Origin: Candidatus Saccharimonadia bacterium
Lineage (GTDB): Bacteria; Patescibacteriota; Saccharimonadia; UBA4664
Direction: 5' to 3'
Assembly (NCBI GenBank): GCA_035479295.1
Contig: DATIIV010000012.1
Location: 1,010-65,009, forward strand
Length of the DNA: 64,000 nt
The notes beneath the pieces were generated by a model. It had not been told where the DNA came from. It was given only the letters and a program-made list of their open reading frames with translations, and ran no database searches. The translations under genes and the position numbers were made by a program. Positions 8,546-17,930 of the stretch are shown piece after piece. Positions within the stretch are counted from its first letter, which is position 1. Each line of letters opens with the position of its first letter.

Positions 8546-8571
8546 ATCTTATGGTGCGGATGTCATAAGAT
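8546..8571. promoter_or_regulatory. perfect 8-bp inverted repeat ATCTTATG-N10-CATAAGAT in divergent promoter region
   Basis: It sits in the AT-rich intergenic region between the EXLDI gene (-) and the MOSC gene (+). This is a candidate operator. Confidence 0.3.
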
Positions 8572-8604
8572 ACATCGGTCCACCCTGGTTGCATTGGAGG
8601 CATC

Positions 8605-9216
8605 ATGAGGACCTCGATCGAGCTGGTTGAAACGCGCCTGGGCCAGCCCTGCAAGATTGGTCAGGATCAGCGCGGAGCCGACTTTTGGTCAAGCATTGAC
8701 CGGCAGCGGGTTGAGGTGCCGGAGCTCTATCTGACATGGACCGGCTTGGCAGGTGACCGCGCCACCAATACGCGGCTGAATGCGGCGGCCGGCGGTCTTG
8801 ACCAGACCCACGGGGGCCATGACAAGGCGGTTTACGCCTATCCGCTCAAACACTATCCAGCCTGGCTGGCCGAGCTCGGCGAGGATGGTTTGGGCGGGCG
8901 ATCACTGGGCGAGAACTGGCGTTTGCGCGGTGTCTCGGAGGCTGACGTTCGCATCGGCGACATCTGGACGCTGGGTGAGGCTGAGCTGGAAGTCTCGAAG
9001 GCGCGCCAGCCTTGCAATGGGCTGGTGATTTACTACGGCGGCCAGTCCATGATCAAGCGAATGGCGGCCAATGGTTTCTGTGGCTGGTATCTCAAGGTGC
9101 GGCGGCCCGGCGTGGTCCCGACTACCGGTACCATTCACGTGGTTCATCACAACCTGGACGGCCCGACTGTGGCCGAGGCCTTCGCGCTCAAAATGCAGCG
9201 GCGGACCAACATCTAG
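8605..9216 (+). CDS. MOSC domain-containing protein (YiiM-like)
   Basis: About 200 aa with a KARQPC cysteine motif and ..GWYLKV.. beta-barrel region typical of MOSC/YiiM. Confidence 0.65.
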   Translation: MRTSIELVETRLGQPCKIGQDQRGADFWSSIDRQRVEVPELYLTWTGLAGDRATNTRLNAAAGGLDQTHGGHDKAVYAYPLKHYPAWLAELGEDGLGGRSLGENWRLRGVSEADVRIGDIWTLGEAELEVSKARQPCNGLVIYYGGQSMIKRMAANGFCGWYLKVRRPGVVPTTGTIHVVHHNLDGPTVAEAFALKMQRRTNI

Positions 9217-9242
9217 CCACCCTAGGCTTGGCCCGCAACTTG

Positions 9243-9267
9243 GCCCCGGCGCTTCCTGCGCCGGGGC
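9243..9267. terminator. GC hairpin between convergent genes (terminator-like)
   Basis: GCCCCGGCGCttcctGCGCCGGGGC forms a 10-bp perfect stem. It lacks a clear U-tract. Confidence 0.4.
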
Positions 9268-9290
9268 TGCTCGATCTTATGAAGCTCGAA

Positions 9291-10145
9291 TTAAGCGTCG
9301 TTCTTTTTGCGAAACTTAAACAACATAATATCTCCTAGCGCATCTCGAGCGTCTTCACTATTGCTCGCTCGCTCAGACTCGCCCAAATCGTAGCTTTCTC
9401 TATCAAGCGGCGTGGCCAGCGAAGCAGGCGCCTCAGCCTCAAAATAGCTAGCCGCATAGTGGAGATAAGCGGCCGGATTGCGCAGATAATAGGTGACCTG
9501 CGACTGGTAATGAGCCCCTGATGCCGCGAACTCCCGCGCGACCGTGGTGTGGGTAAATTGGTCGTCCGACCAGTTGCCTTGCACCGCTAAGCTGTCTGCA
9601 TGGTTCTGTGCCCACATTTGATCGGGCACGGTTACAAACAGCAGTCCGCCCGGTTTCAGCGCCGCTGCCGCATCGCTATAGAACGTCTCCAGATCTTTCA
9701 CGCAGTGAGCTACCATGTTGGCTACCACGGCGTCAAACGGCTCCCCATGGTTGTGCTCAACCGCTTCTTGGGGCCCGCCCACGACAGCATCGAGGCCAAA
9801 CACTCGTCGTCCCACCTCGATGGACCCAGGGGCAATATCGGCGCCTACTACGCTGTAGCCCGAGTCCGTTAGCTTCTTTGTGAGGTAGCCGACCCCACAG
9901 CCCACATCAAGCACCTTACTTCCGCGCGCCACGGCTTCCGTGATGGAGTCCGTAACCTGCAGGCAGAGATCCTCATATGACCTATCGAGCCCATTTTTAA
10001 GCACCTCCGCTCGATGCTCAGCCATCGCGTCCCATGGATTTATGGCGGCACCGTCGATGGCCTGATCAGCCTGAAGCTCTCTCGCTACGGACTGTCCGGA
10101 GAAGCTGGCCTCGCCTTGTCCTTCGGGGTGCTCGGTATTGTTCAT
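9291..10145 (-). CDS. class I SAM-dependent methyltransferase
   Basis: Motif I VLDVGCGVGYLT and motif post-I ..VVGADIA... A TATGAT -10 lies 6 nt upstream of the ATG, suggesting a leaderless transcript. Confidence 0.7.
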   Translation of the reverse strand: MNNTEHPEGQGEASFSGQSVARELQADQAIDGAAINPWDAMAEHRAEVLKNGLDRSYEDLCLQVTDSITEAVARGSKVLDVGCGVGYLTKKLTDSGYSVVGADIAPGSIEVGRRVFGLDAVVGGPQEAVEHNHGEPFDAVVANMVAHCVKDLETFYSDAAAALKPGGLLFVTVPDQMWAQNHADSLAVQGNWSDDQFTHTTVAREFAASGAHYQSQVTYYLRNPAAYLHYAASYFEAEAPASLATPLDRESYDLGESERASNSEDARDALGDIMLFKFRKKNDA

Positions 10146-10237
10146 GGACTGATCATACCATTTGGTCTGTCCCGAAGCTGGTTCTAGCTTCGTCCGCTGA
10201 TTGCCCCGTTGCTTAAACCAGGGCAGGCCGAATAAGG

Positions 10238-10243
10238 TACAAT
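10238..10243 (+). promoter_or_regulatory. -10 box TACAAT 6 nt upstream of ATG 10250 (leaderless)
   Basis: Sequence is ggTACAATcatcctATGcta. Confidence 0.4.
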
Positions 10244-10249
10244 CATCCT

Positions 10250-10918
10250 ATGCTAGCTAAAACTGCCCTCTTCATCCATCGGTCAGTTGGTCGCAACTTG
10301 CTGCATGACGGCCGGGTGCGGGAGCTGTTAAAGGCGGCCAAGGCGCCCCTTATTCTGGACGACTATGATCAGAATATCGATGTACTCACTACCGAAAGTG
10401 GGCGCACTAAGTTAGGGTTGAACTTTCCGGGCGGCGACACCAGGCCGCAGGACTATGCCGCCATATTCTCGGCTCAAAGGGCCGAATCGTCCGCGCCGAT
10501 TCTGGAGCTAGCCTTGAGCTACGATCGTATTGTCATTAAATCCTGCTACCCCAACTCGCACATTACGAGTGATGAACAGCTTGAGGCCGTTAAGGGGCAC
10601 TATCAGTCGATCGCTCGGTTCTTTGCCGATCATGCGACCAAGCAACTGATTATCGTAACGTCGCCGCCACTTGTGCCGCTGAAGACCAACCCGGCCGCTG
10701 CCCGCCGCGCTCGAATATTGGCGACCTGGTTGGCGGACAGTAAGTTGGGTCAAAATGTCAGCGTTTTTAATTTGTTTGATCAACTAGCAGCGCCGGAATC
10801 TGAACCCGGAGCCAACCTGCTTCGGCGCCCGTATCGTCGGTGGCTGCCGCTCGATTCTCACCCCAATGCCCGGGCTTCTCGGGAAGTGGCGCCGCGGTTT
10901 GTCAAACGCCTCGGCTAG
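10250..10918 (+). CDS. hypothetical protein (222 aa)
   Basis: Clean ORF with a leaderless -10. I recognise no motifs. Confidence 0.5.
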   Translation: MLAKTALFIHRSVGRNLLHDGRVRELLKAAKAPLILDDYDQNIDVLTTESGRTKLGLNFPGGDTRPQDYAAIFSAQRAESSAPILELALSYDRIVIKSCYPNSHITSDEQLEAVKGHYQSIARFFADHATKQLIIVTSPPLVPLKTNPAAARRARILATWLADSKLGQNVSVFNLFDQLAAPESEPGANLLRRPYRRWLPLDSHPNARASREVAPRFVKRLG

Positions 10919-10929
10919 CGCTTCAGATT

Positions 10930-10960
10930 GTCTTGACGCCAGCGCGGGATGGCAGTACTC
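10930..10960 (+). promoter_or_regulatory. sigma70-like promoter (TTGACG-17-TACTCT)
   Basis: tcTTGACGccagcgcgggatggcagTACTCTgat lies about 40 nt upstream of ORF 11000. Confidence 0.35.
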
Positions 10961-10999
10961 TGATTCTCGTCATCCCCAACAGACACCAGGAAGGGTGCC

Positions 11000-11278
11000 A
11001 TGACAAGCAGGCAGGAACTGCGTACCCAGCTCCTCAATGGTCTCATTCAGCATGCCGGGTCAAGCCCGGCCCAGGCTAACTTCGCACTCGGACGGCCCAC
11101 CTCCGTGGCGGTCAGCGATCTGCTGCCTGGCCCCCGCCCCACCCACCCCGAGCTGACGTCACTGCTCAGCGAGATTCAGGGCGGGCTCACGGCGCAGAAC
11201 CTGCGCGCTGAGGCCGGCTGGGAAGGTGGCAGGGAGGACGGTCACAGTGCCATTATCCTGACCCAGATCGACGACTGA
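11000..11278 (+). CDS. hypothetical small protein (92 aa)
   Basis: It has an upstream promoter and a GGAAGGG RBS, and is followed by a hairpin terminator. I recognise no motifs. Confidence 0.3.
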   Translation: MTSRQELRTQLLNGLIQHAGSSPAQANFALGRPTSVAVSDLLPGPRPTHPELTSLLSEIQGGLTAQNLRAEAGWEGGREDGHSAIILTQIDD

Positions 11279-11291
11279 TCCTGTACCACCT

Positions 11292-11325
11292 GCCGATACT
11301 AGCGCCTCTAGGTGCTAGTATCGGC
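11292..11325. terminator. hairpin terminator shared by convergent genes
   Basis: gCCGATACTAGCGCCtctaGGTGCTAGTATCGGc forms a 14-bp stem with one mismatch. Confidence 0.5.
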
Positions 11326-11373
11326 CTTAGCCCGAGCGTTCAAGTGGGACTTGAGCGGTCAGTCTAAGGATGC

Positions 11374-12642
11374 CTAGCGCCGGCGGATGAGCCACCTGAG
11401 CCGCAGCGTCAGTAATTGGTCAGATGAGAACAACTTGGCCGCCAGCAGCATAAAGCCAATGAAACAGGCCAGCTCGTAGGCCGATCCGAGCAGCACCAAG
11501 CCATCATTGTGCGTATATAAATTGGGCAGCGCCTGGAAGGTGTAGGTGAAGGGGATGAGGTAGAGGATGACCTTGAAGACGGCTGGCAGGGATTGAATAT
11601 CGGTGACCATGCTGGCCAGATAGGGGATGAGCAGCAGCACCATCAGCGGCATAATGAGTGACTGCACACTCTTGATGTTGTCGGCGAAGGCGCCCAGCAC
11701 CAGGGCGATGGCCAGTGCGGTGAGGATGCCTAGGAACAGGGTGAGGCCAAGTAAGAGGTAGCTCTGAGGCGACAGGTTGAGCCCGAGCTGGTTGATGGCG
11801 GCCGTGGTGGTGGCATCGGCGGTCTGGCCACCGGTAAAGCTCGATTGAATACTGTGCAGGCCATACACATAGGCCGCGGCGGTGACGCTGGCCACGATAC
11901 CGGCCGCCAGCATTTTGGCGCCCACGATGGTGGTGCGCGAGATCGGCACCGACAGCAGCGTTTCGAGCGTCTTGTTCTCTTTTTCATTGGCCATGGCGGT
12001 GGCCACCATTTGGCCGGCGAACAAGATGACGATAAAGAGGATGACCGGCACAAAGCTGATCTGGGAGTTAAGGTACGACACTACTTTGGCCGGGCTGATG
12101 GCGGCGACCTTGCTGCCGACCACGATGTGCTCGTTGTTTTTTACCGGCGTCAAGACGGCGGTCGGATCGGTGTGGGGCAGAGCTTGCTGGAGTCGGCTGG
12201 CGGCCAGAGCAGCGTTTACTTGGGCCACGGCGCTGCTCACCAGGGTGGAATCGACCAGCCGGGCGATGGAGAAGCCGGTTTGAATGGTGTAGGAATCGAG
12301 GCTGGCGGGTTGGCCGGCGGCGAGACTTTGGCCGAAGCCGGCCGGGATGAGGATGACAGCTTTTTGGCTGCTGGGCGTGGCAAAGTCGGGCAGCGCCGCT
12401 TGGTGCTGCAGGGTTACGGTGAGGTTGGCGTGCCGCAGCAAGCCGATGACGGTGGCCGACGCCGACGAGTTATCGTTATCGATCACCAGCACCGGTTGCG
12501 ATTGGCCCTGGAGCTTAGCTTGCTGCGATATCACTTTGCCCAAGCCCATAAATACGATTACCACCAGCACAATCGGCAGAATGGTTTGGGGCGTCACCAA
12601 CTCTCGCAGCTCTTTAACGAGCAAGACCCAAAACCGTTTCAT
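11374..12642 (-). CDS. ABC-2 family transporter permease
   Basis: 422 aa with an N-terminal TM, a large extracytoplasmic loop and 5 C-terminal TMs. It overlaps the stop of the upstream ATPase gene (ATGA). Confidence 0.7.
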   Translation of the reverse strand: MKRFWVLLVKELRELVTPQTILPIVLVVIVFMGLGKVISQQAKLQGQSQPVLVIDNDNSSASATVIGLLRHANLTVTLQHQAALPDFATPSSQKAVILIPAGFGQSLAAGQPASLDSYTIQTGFSIARLVDSTLVSSAVAQVNAALAASRLQQALPHTDPTAVLTPVKNNEHIVVGSKVAAISPAKVVSYLNSQISFVPVILFIVILFAGQMVATAMANEKENKTLETLLSVPISRTTIVGAKMLAAGIVASVTAAAYVYGLHSIQSSFTGGQTADATTTAAINQLGLNLSPQSYLLLGLTLFLGILTALAIALVLGAFADNIKSVQSLIMPLMVLLLIPYLASMVTDIQSLPAVFKVILYLIPFTYTFQALPNLYTHNDGLVLLGSAYELACFIGFMLLAAKLFSSDQLLTLRLRWLIRRR

Positions 12643-13361
12643 GAGCTGGCCACCTTAAGGAAGACCTCTTCCAGATTCTTGGCGCCGTACTTGGCCTTGA
12701 TGTCGGCGGGCCGACCGGTCTCTTTGAGCTGGCCATCCACGATGAGGCCGATACGGTCCGACAAATACTCAATCTCGAGCATATTGTGGCTCGATAGCAG
12801 CACGGCCGTGCCATGCTCGGTGAGGCCGTGGATCAGCTTGCGGATCTCCAGCGAATTAAGCACGTCCAGGCCGCTGGTGGGTTCGTCCAAGATGGCCAGC
12901 TTGGGTTCGGTCATGATGGCGCGGGCGAGCAGCAGCTTGCGGGCCATACCTTTGCTGTATGTGGAGACCTTGGCGGTAATCTTGTCGCCCAGATCAGCAA
13001 TGGCCTCGGCGCGCTCTACGCACTGGTTACGCTTAGCATCGTCGTTAGTGTAGAGTCCGGCCATAAAACGCAGGTACTCCCGGCCAGACAGAGCCTTGTA
13101 GGCGCCTGACTCTTCGGGCAGGTAGGTAATGAGCTCGCGCACTTTGGCGGCCTCCTTTTGAACATCGTGACCGGCCAGGGTAATGGTGCCGGAGGATGGG
13201 CGCAGAATGGTAGCGATCATTCGGAGGGTGGTGGATTTGCCGGCGCCGTTAGGGCCCACCAGGGCAAAGATCTCGCCTTCACCAATGGTAAAACTGACGT
13301 CGCGGACGGCCTGCGCCTGGCCGTACGATTTCGTTAAATGATCGACCACGAGGACATTCAT
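12639..13361 (-). CDS. ABC transporter ATP-binding protein
   Basis: Walker A GPNGAGKST, signature LSGGMARKL and Walker B ILDEPTSGLD. Start chosen at MNVLVVD (AAGGAGG upstream). The long ORF to 13502 is probably an over-extension. Confidence 0.8.
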   Translation of the reverse strand: MNVLVVDHLTKSYGQAQAVRDVSFTIGEGEIFALVGPNGAGKSTTLRMIATILRPSSGTITLAGHDVQKEAAKVRELITYLPEESGAYKALSGREYLRFMAGLYTNDDAKRNQCVERAEAIADLGDKITAKVSTYSKGMARKLLLARAIMTEPKLAILDEPTSGLDVLNSLEIRKLIHGLTEHGTAVLLSSHNMLEIEYLSDRIGLIVDGQLKETGRPADIKAKYGAKNLEEVFLKVASS

Positions 13362-13459
13362 GCCTTCATCATACTCCTCCTTAGTAGAGCTAGCTTGATC
13401 AAGATGGCGTAAACCCGTATAAATACCACTGGTCGGTCTGTATCCGGAGAGGCGATAGT

Positions 13460-14071
13460 ATGGCGGCATTTGATTTTGGAGAGAACGACTTGCTGGCCGC
13501 ACAACGCATCGTCGTTGTGGCCGCTATCAGGTCTGGCAGTTTGGCTGAGGTGCGCGCCGCCTGGCGGGCGTACCAGGTGCTGGCCGAAGCAAGCATTGAG
13601 GCCTTGACGGACGAAGGTGGAGCTCATGCTCATGCTCGGATTGGCCTGATTCTGGCCAAGGCTGCTATCTGGCAGGAGGCTGGCGATCAGGTGCGGTACT
13701 GGGAGGAGCTAATGTCGGCCCAGGACTATGCCGAGGGTATGGCGTTTGATACGCCTGGTGCCTGCAGTGTCCTGGACCAAGCCTCTGCGATGAATTCGGC
13801 CGAGTATCTCCAGGCAGCGGGCCGGTACGAGGCGGCTATCGAGGCTTACATTGGGCGCGAGCAGCTGCCGCTGACCGACCACGACCGGGGTCTCCTGAAC
13901 TACCGAGTGGCCGAGTGCTACCAGGCGCTGCTGCCCCTCAAGCCAAACCAGCCGGAGGTAGCAGACCTCCTTAATGCTTCGATCCAGAGTGCGCTACTCT
14001 ACCTGGAGGAGAGGCCGGAGCAGGGCTGGGCGCTGCGGTTGCTCGATGAAGTGAAGCTCGCGGGCAGATGA
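13460..14071 (+). CDS. hypothetical protein (203 aa, helical)
   Basis: Clean ORF with no recognisable motif. Confidence 0.4.
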   Translation: MAAFDFGENDLLAAQRIVVVAAIRSGSLAEVRAAWRAYQVLAEASIEALTDEGGAHAHARIGLILAKAAIWQEAGDQVRYWEELMSAQDYAEGMAFDTPGACSVLDQASAMNSAEYLQAAGRYEAAIEAYIGREQLPLTDHDRGLLNYRVAECYQALLPLKPNQPEVADLLNASIQSALLYLEERPEQGWALRLLDEVKLAGR

Positions 14072-14076
14072 TCGTT

Positions 14077-14106
14077 GGTGGTAGCGGCAACGACGCCGCT
14101 ACCACC
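14077..14106. terminator. perfect 12-bp GC hairpin just after ORF 13460-14071
   Basis: GGTGGTAGCGGCaacgacGCCGCTACCACC. Confidence 0.4.
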
Positions 14107-14175
14107 ACCTAAGCTAAGGCGCAATCATACACTTCACTCTGCTCGAGAAGCTCTCTTAGTATAATTAATCTAAAG

Positions 14176-14201
14176 CTGTTAAGCTTAGCCCAACTTAACA
14201 G
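14176..14201. promoter_or_regulatory. 8-bp inverted repeat CTGTTAAG-N10-CTTAACAG upstream of copper operon
   Basis: It lies in the 420-bp intergenic region preceding the cupredoxin/P1B-ATPase genes. This is a candidate operator. Confidence 0.25.
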
Positions 14202-14431
14202 GGCCACCCCGATGGCAAGACAACGTGGCAAGACCAGCAAAAAAGGCTTAATAATGTCAATCAGCGGTCCGTTTGCTCTGCTCAGTGGCTGGCGTAACGC
14301 CCGAGTTCTGAGCCTGGTGGCGATAGTAGCCGTGCTGGCCGGCCTGAGTGCGGCCGTAAATGGGTTTCATCCAGCCGGGTTATCAACGTAAAGTAAGTAC
14401 CCTAGTGCGGGCCTTCTAGATTAGGCTTCGT

Positions 14432-14456
14432 CCGAGATTGCGACTAGCTATCTCGG
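14432..14456. promoter_or_regulatory. 7-bp inverted repeat CCGAGAT-N11-ATCTCGG ~40 nt upstream of cupredoxin gene
   Basis: This is a second palindrome in the same intergenic region. Confidence 0.25.
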
Positions 14457-14493
14457 GCCAACCGGACGATAATAGCGGCAAAGGAGTCATGGG

Positions 14494-14865
14494 GTGGACA
14501 AGATGCTCTCACTAGGTTTGTCGGTGGTCACTGTGGGGCTCATTGTCTGGTGGTTCTTTGGCAAGCGTCAGGCGGCTGTCGCGATGGCGACGCAATCCGG
14601 CGGTGTCCAGCAAATCGAGATCGTGGTGGATGGCGGCTATTCGCCACAGGTGGTGCAGCTCAAGGCCGGCGTGCCCGCTAAGCTCATCTTTGACCGCCAA
14701 GATCCTTCTAGCTGTCTGGAAGAGGTGAGCTTGCCCGATTTTGGCATTACCCAGAAGCTGGCGCTTGGCCAAAAGACTACCGTTGAGCTAAAGGCTCAAG
14801 TGGCCGGCACCTACAAATACACCTGTGGCATGCATATGTTTAGCGGGCAGGTGGTAGTGAAGTGA
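14494..14865 (+). CDS. cupredoxin-like copper-binding protein (membrane-anchored)
   Basis: N-terminal TM, then a C-terminal [14 protein letters not shown] motif (Cys, His and Met Cu ligands in cupredoxin spacing). It is co-oriented and overlaps the ATPase gene start (GTGA). Confidence 0.6.
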   Translation: MDKMLSLGLSVVTVGLIVWWFFGKRQAAVAMATQSGGVQQIEIVVDGGYSPQVVQLKAGVPAKLIFDRQDPSSCLEEVSLPDFGITQKLALGQKTTVELKAQVAGTYKYTCGMHMFSGQVVVK

Positions 14866-16760
14866 GTATCCGTACCCGCTTCATTATTAGCCTCGTCTTA
14901 TCATTGCCCTTGGTGGCCGCCATGCTTGGTGTGGCGCTACCGGGCGGCGAGCTTACCAGATGCGCCCTGGCTACGCCGGTTGTGTTCATTGGCGGCTGGT
15001 CATTCTTTGCCGGCGCTTGGGCGGCCTTTAAACATCGCCAGGCTAGCATGGATACGCTCGTGGCGCTTGGCACTGGGGTGGCCTACGTCTATAGTATCTA
15101 CGCCTTGGAGCGCGGCATGGCCGGTTACTTTGAGATCGCGGCGCTGCTTATCACCTTTATTTTGCTCGGCAAACTCTTTGAGGATCTTACCCGCAGCCGC
15201 GCCAGTACTGCCATAGAGAAACTCATCGGCTTGCAGGCCAAGCAAGCCACCATCATCAAGAACGACCGGGAAGTCCAGGTGCCGCTCGAGGACGTTCGAG
15301 TCGGCGACATTGTAGTGGTGCGGCCGGGCGATAAGGTCGCTGTCGACGGTCAAATTGTCCACGGCGACTCCAGCGTTGATGAGTCCATGGTGACCGGCGA
15401 AAGCCTGCCGGTGGCCAAGGGCGTCGGCGACATGGTTATTGGCTCCACCATAAATAAAACTGGCGCCTTCAACTTCGTCGCCATCAAAGTGGGTTCGCAG
15501 ACGCTCCTCGCTCAGATCGTTGAGCTCGTCCGTCGGGCTCAAACTAGTCGCGCGCCCATTCAAAGGTTGGCTGATAATGTCTCGAACGTCTTTGTGCCGG
15601 TGGTGCTCATTATAGCTATTGTCACATTTAACGTGTGGTTTGTGCTGCTCGGCGCCACGTTTGTGCAGGCGCTGCTATTTGCCGTGGCGGTGGTCGTCAT
15701 CGCCTGCCCGTGCGCTTTGGGTCTGGCTACCCCTACTGCGCTCATGGTTGGCACGGGCAGGGGAGCAAGCCTCGGCATCCTCATCAAAAGCGGGGAGGTG
15801 CTCGAAGCTGCCAACCACATCAAGTACATCGTCTTCGACAAGACCGGTACCCTCACTAAGGGCAAACCGGTAGTTACCGATCTTGTCGGCGATGAGATCG
15901 AGGTTTTGCGCATTGCGGCCAGCCTCGAGTCGGCTAGCGAGCACCCTCTCGCCTCGGCCATCCTCGCCCGGGCCAAGGCGGCCAACATCTCCATTGAAGA
16001 AGCTATGCATTTCAAGGCTGCCGAAGGTCAGGGCGTCACCGGCGAGGTCGATGGCCGGCTTGGCGCCATTGGTAATCAGGCTCTTATGCAACAACTCCAA
16101 GTCGATAGTAAGTCTCGCATTAAGCAGCTAACCGAGCTGGAATCCCAGGGCAAGACGGTTATGCTCGTGGCGACGGAGCACCGCCTTCTCGGCCTCATTG
16201 CCGTCCAGGACGAGCCTAAATCGATGACCTCAGAAGCCATTGCGGGCCTTAAGGCCGCCGGTTTCGAGCCAATTATGCTCACCGGCGACAATGAGGCCAC
16301 CGCCTACGCTATCGCGGCTCGGGTGGGCATTGCCAAGGTTATCGCCCAGGCGCTGCCCGCCGACAAAGCCGCCCACATCAAATCTCTCCAGACCACCGGC
16401 CGCGTCGCCTTTGTGGGCGACGGCCTCAATGATGCGCCTGCTCTCGCCCAGGCCGACCTGGGGATCGCTATGGGCTCCGGTACCGACATCGCCATGGAGG
16501 CTGGTGGCATCGTGCTCGTTAAGAACGACCTCCGCGACGTTACCCGCGCCCTAGCCTTGAGCCGCAAAACCTTCTCGCGCATCAAACTCAATCTGTTCTG
16601 GGCCTTTATTTACAACCTGGGAGGCATCCCCATAGCGGCCGGCGTGCTTGTGCCGCTTGGTCTCACTCTCAGTCCTGCTCTGGCCGGGCTTGCCATGGCC
16701 TTTAGCTCGGTCTCTGTAGTCGTCAGCTCGCTTATGCTGCGTTACGCTAAGCTTACATAA
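14862..16760 (+). CDS. copA: heavy-metal (Cu+) translocating P1B-type ATPase lacking N-terminal HMA domain
   Basis: TGES, CPC in TM6 ([13 protein letters not shown]), [17 protein letters not shown]. It starts directly with TM helices. Confidence 0.85.
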   Translation: MSIRTRFIISLVLSLPLVAAMLGVALPGGELTRCALATPVVFIGGWSFFAGAWAAFKHRQASMDTLVALGTGVAYVYSIYALERGMAGYFEIAALLITFILLGKLFEDLTRSRASTAIEKLIGLQAKQATIIKNDREVQVPLEDVRVGDIVVVRPGDKVAVDGQIVHGDSSVDESMVTGESLPVAKGVGDMVIGSTINKTGAFNFVAIKVGSQTLLAQIVELVRRAQTSRAPIQRLADNVSNVFVPVVLIIAIVTFNVWFVLLGATFVQALLFAVAVVVIACPCALGLATPTALMVGTGRGASLGILIKSGEVLEAANHIKYIVFDKTGTLTKGKPVVTDLVGDEIEVLRIAASLESASEHPLASAILARAKAANISIEEAMHFKAAEGQGVTGEVDGRLGAIGNQALMQQLQVDSKSRIKQLTELESQGKTVMLVATEHRLLGLIAVQDEPKSMTSEAIAGLKAAGFEPIMLTGDNEATAYAIAARVGIAKVIAQALPADKAAHIKSLQTTGRVAFVGDGLNDAPALAQADLGIAMGSGTDIAMEAGGIVLVKNDLRDVTRALALSRKTFSRIKLNLFWAFIYNLGGIPIAAGVLVPLGLTLSPALAGLAMAFSSVSVVVSSLMLRYAKLT

Positions 16761-16791
16761 GGAGTATGATGACCGGAAGGAGGATAGCAAT

Positions 16792-16929
16792 ATGATGAAT
16801 AGCTGGACCTATGGCCAAGGCGGCATGATGGGAGCTACGGGTGGCTGGGCATTCTTACTCTGGCTGGTGGTATTTGCAGACCTCATTCTGCTTGGTGTCT
16901 GGCTCTGGAGACAGATCACTAAGAAGTAG
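16792..16929 (+). CDS. small hydrophobic protein (45 aa) downstream of copA
   Basis: MMNSWTYGQGGMMGATGGWAFLLWLVVFADLILLGVWLWRQITKK. GGAAGGAGG RBS lies 8 nt upstream. It is absent from the ORF track because it is shorter than 60 aa. Confidence 0.35.
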   Translation: MMNSWTYGQGGMMGATGGWAFLLWLVVFADLILLGVWLWRQITKK

Positions 16930-16959
16930 CGAGTGACTGGCCTGTGCTAAGATACAATC

Positions 16960-17907
16960 ATGCAATCGAGCCATTTCCGCACTCAAAAACATCACGGCAT
17001 TACCTGGATCGATATCAACGACCCTACCAGGGAGCAGATCAGCCAGGCCATGGACGGTCGCGCCCTGCACCCGCTTCATCTGGACGCAAGCCTGCTAAAT
17101 GGCCATCTGCCTCACGTCGAAAAAGAGGACAATTACGTTTTTTTGCTGCTGCAGCTGCCCGACTACAAGCCTGCTACTGGCACGGTTGAGACTCAGCAAG
17201 TAGCCATCTTTTTGGCCAAGGATATCCTGATCACCATTCATCGCGGTGTTATTCCCAGTTTGCAGCACATCTTTGAGGCCTGCGAACAGGACGAGCAGCT
17301 GCGCGACGATTACTTTAAGAAATCATCGGGCTACTTGCTCTCGATCATCATCGACGGTTTACTGAACCAGGCGTCGGAGCTGATCCAGGCCATCTTGTCT
17401 AGGCTCGATGAGATCGAGGACGCAGTGTTTGGCGATCACGTGGCGGCTACCTATCAGATCGGCCAGCTGCGGCAGCGGGTTACTAAACTTAAGCGGCTCA
17501 TGGACTTTCTCAAGACCATCCTGACCGACCTAGCGCCGCGCATCGACGAGTACACCGGCGACAAGATCGCGCACTACTACCGCCATAACGCCCGCACTGC
17601 CCAGCGGCTATCGCTGCTGTTGGAGGAGGCCAAGGAGACCGTCGAGATCTTTAAGGACGCCGATTATACCGCCAGCAACCAAAAAACCAATACCACCCTG
17701 GCTATCCTGACCATCATCTTTACGTTTACGATTCCGGTGACGGTGATGGCCTCGCTCTACGGCATGAACATCCCCTTGCCGGGCGGTAACGAGACCGGCC
17801 CTTGGACGTTCTGGGGCCAGTACACCACACTCATTATTGTGGCTGTGCTGTCGGTGGTGCCGGTGCTGGCGATGTGGCGGTACTTTAAGAAGAAGAGTTG
17901 GTTTTAA
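16960..17907 (+). CDS. corA: CorA-family divalent cation transporter
   Basis: 315 aa with a cytoplasmic N-domain and 2 C-terminal TMs with the YGMN motif (SLYGMNIPLPGG). Confidence 0.75.
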   Translation: MQSSHFRTQKHHGITWIDINDPTREQISQAMDGRALHPLHLDASLLNGHLPHVEKEDNYVFLLLQLPDYKPATGTVETQQVAIFLAKDILITIHRGVIPSLQHIFEACEQDEQLRDDYFKKSSGYLLSIIIDGLLNQASELIQAILSRLDEIEDAVFGDHVAATYQIGQLRQRVTKLKRLMDFLKTILTDLAPRIDEYTGDKIAHYYRHNARTAQRLSLLLEEAKETVEIFKDADYTASNQKTNTTLAILTIIFTFTIPVTVMASLYGMNIPLPGGNETGPWTFWGQYTTLIIVAVLSVVPVLAMWRYFKKKSWF

Positions 17908-17930
17908 AATCTTCGCGATAAGATACGACT

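Noticed and set aside
11845-13053. 402-aa + strand ORF (and the nested 11882-12283 and 12347-12658 ORFs)
   Set aside because: It is antisense to the well-supported ABC-2 permease and ATPase genes. It has Arg/Gly/His-rich low-complexity translation typical of spurious ORFs in high-GC DNA.
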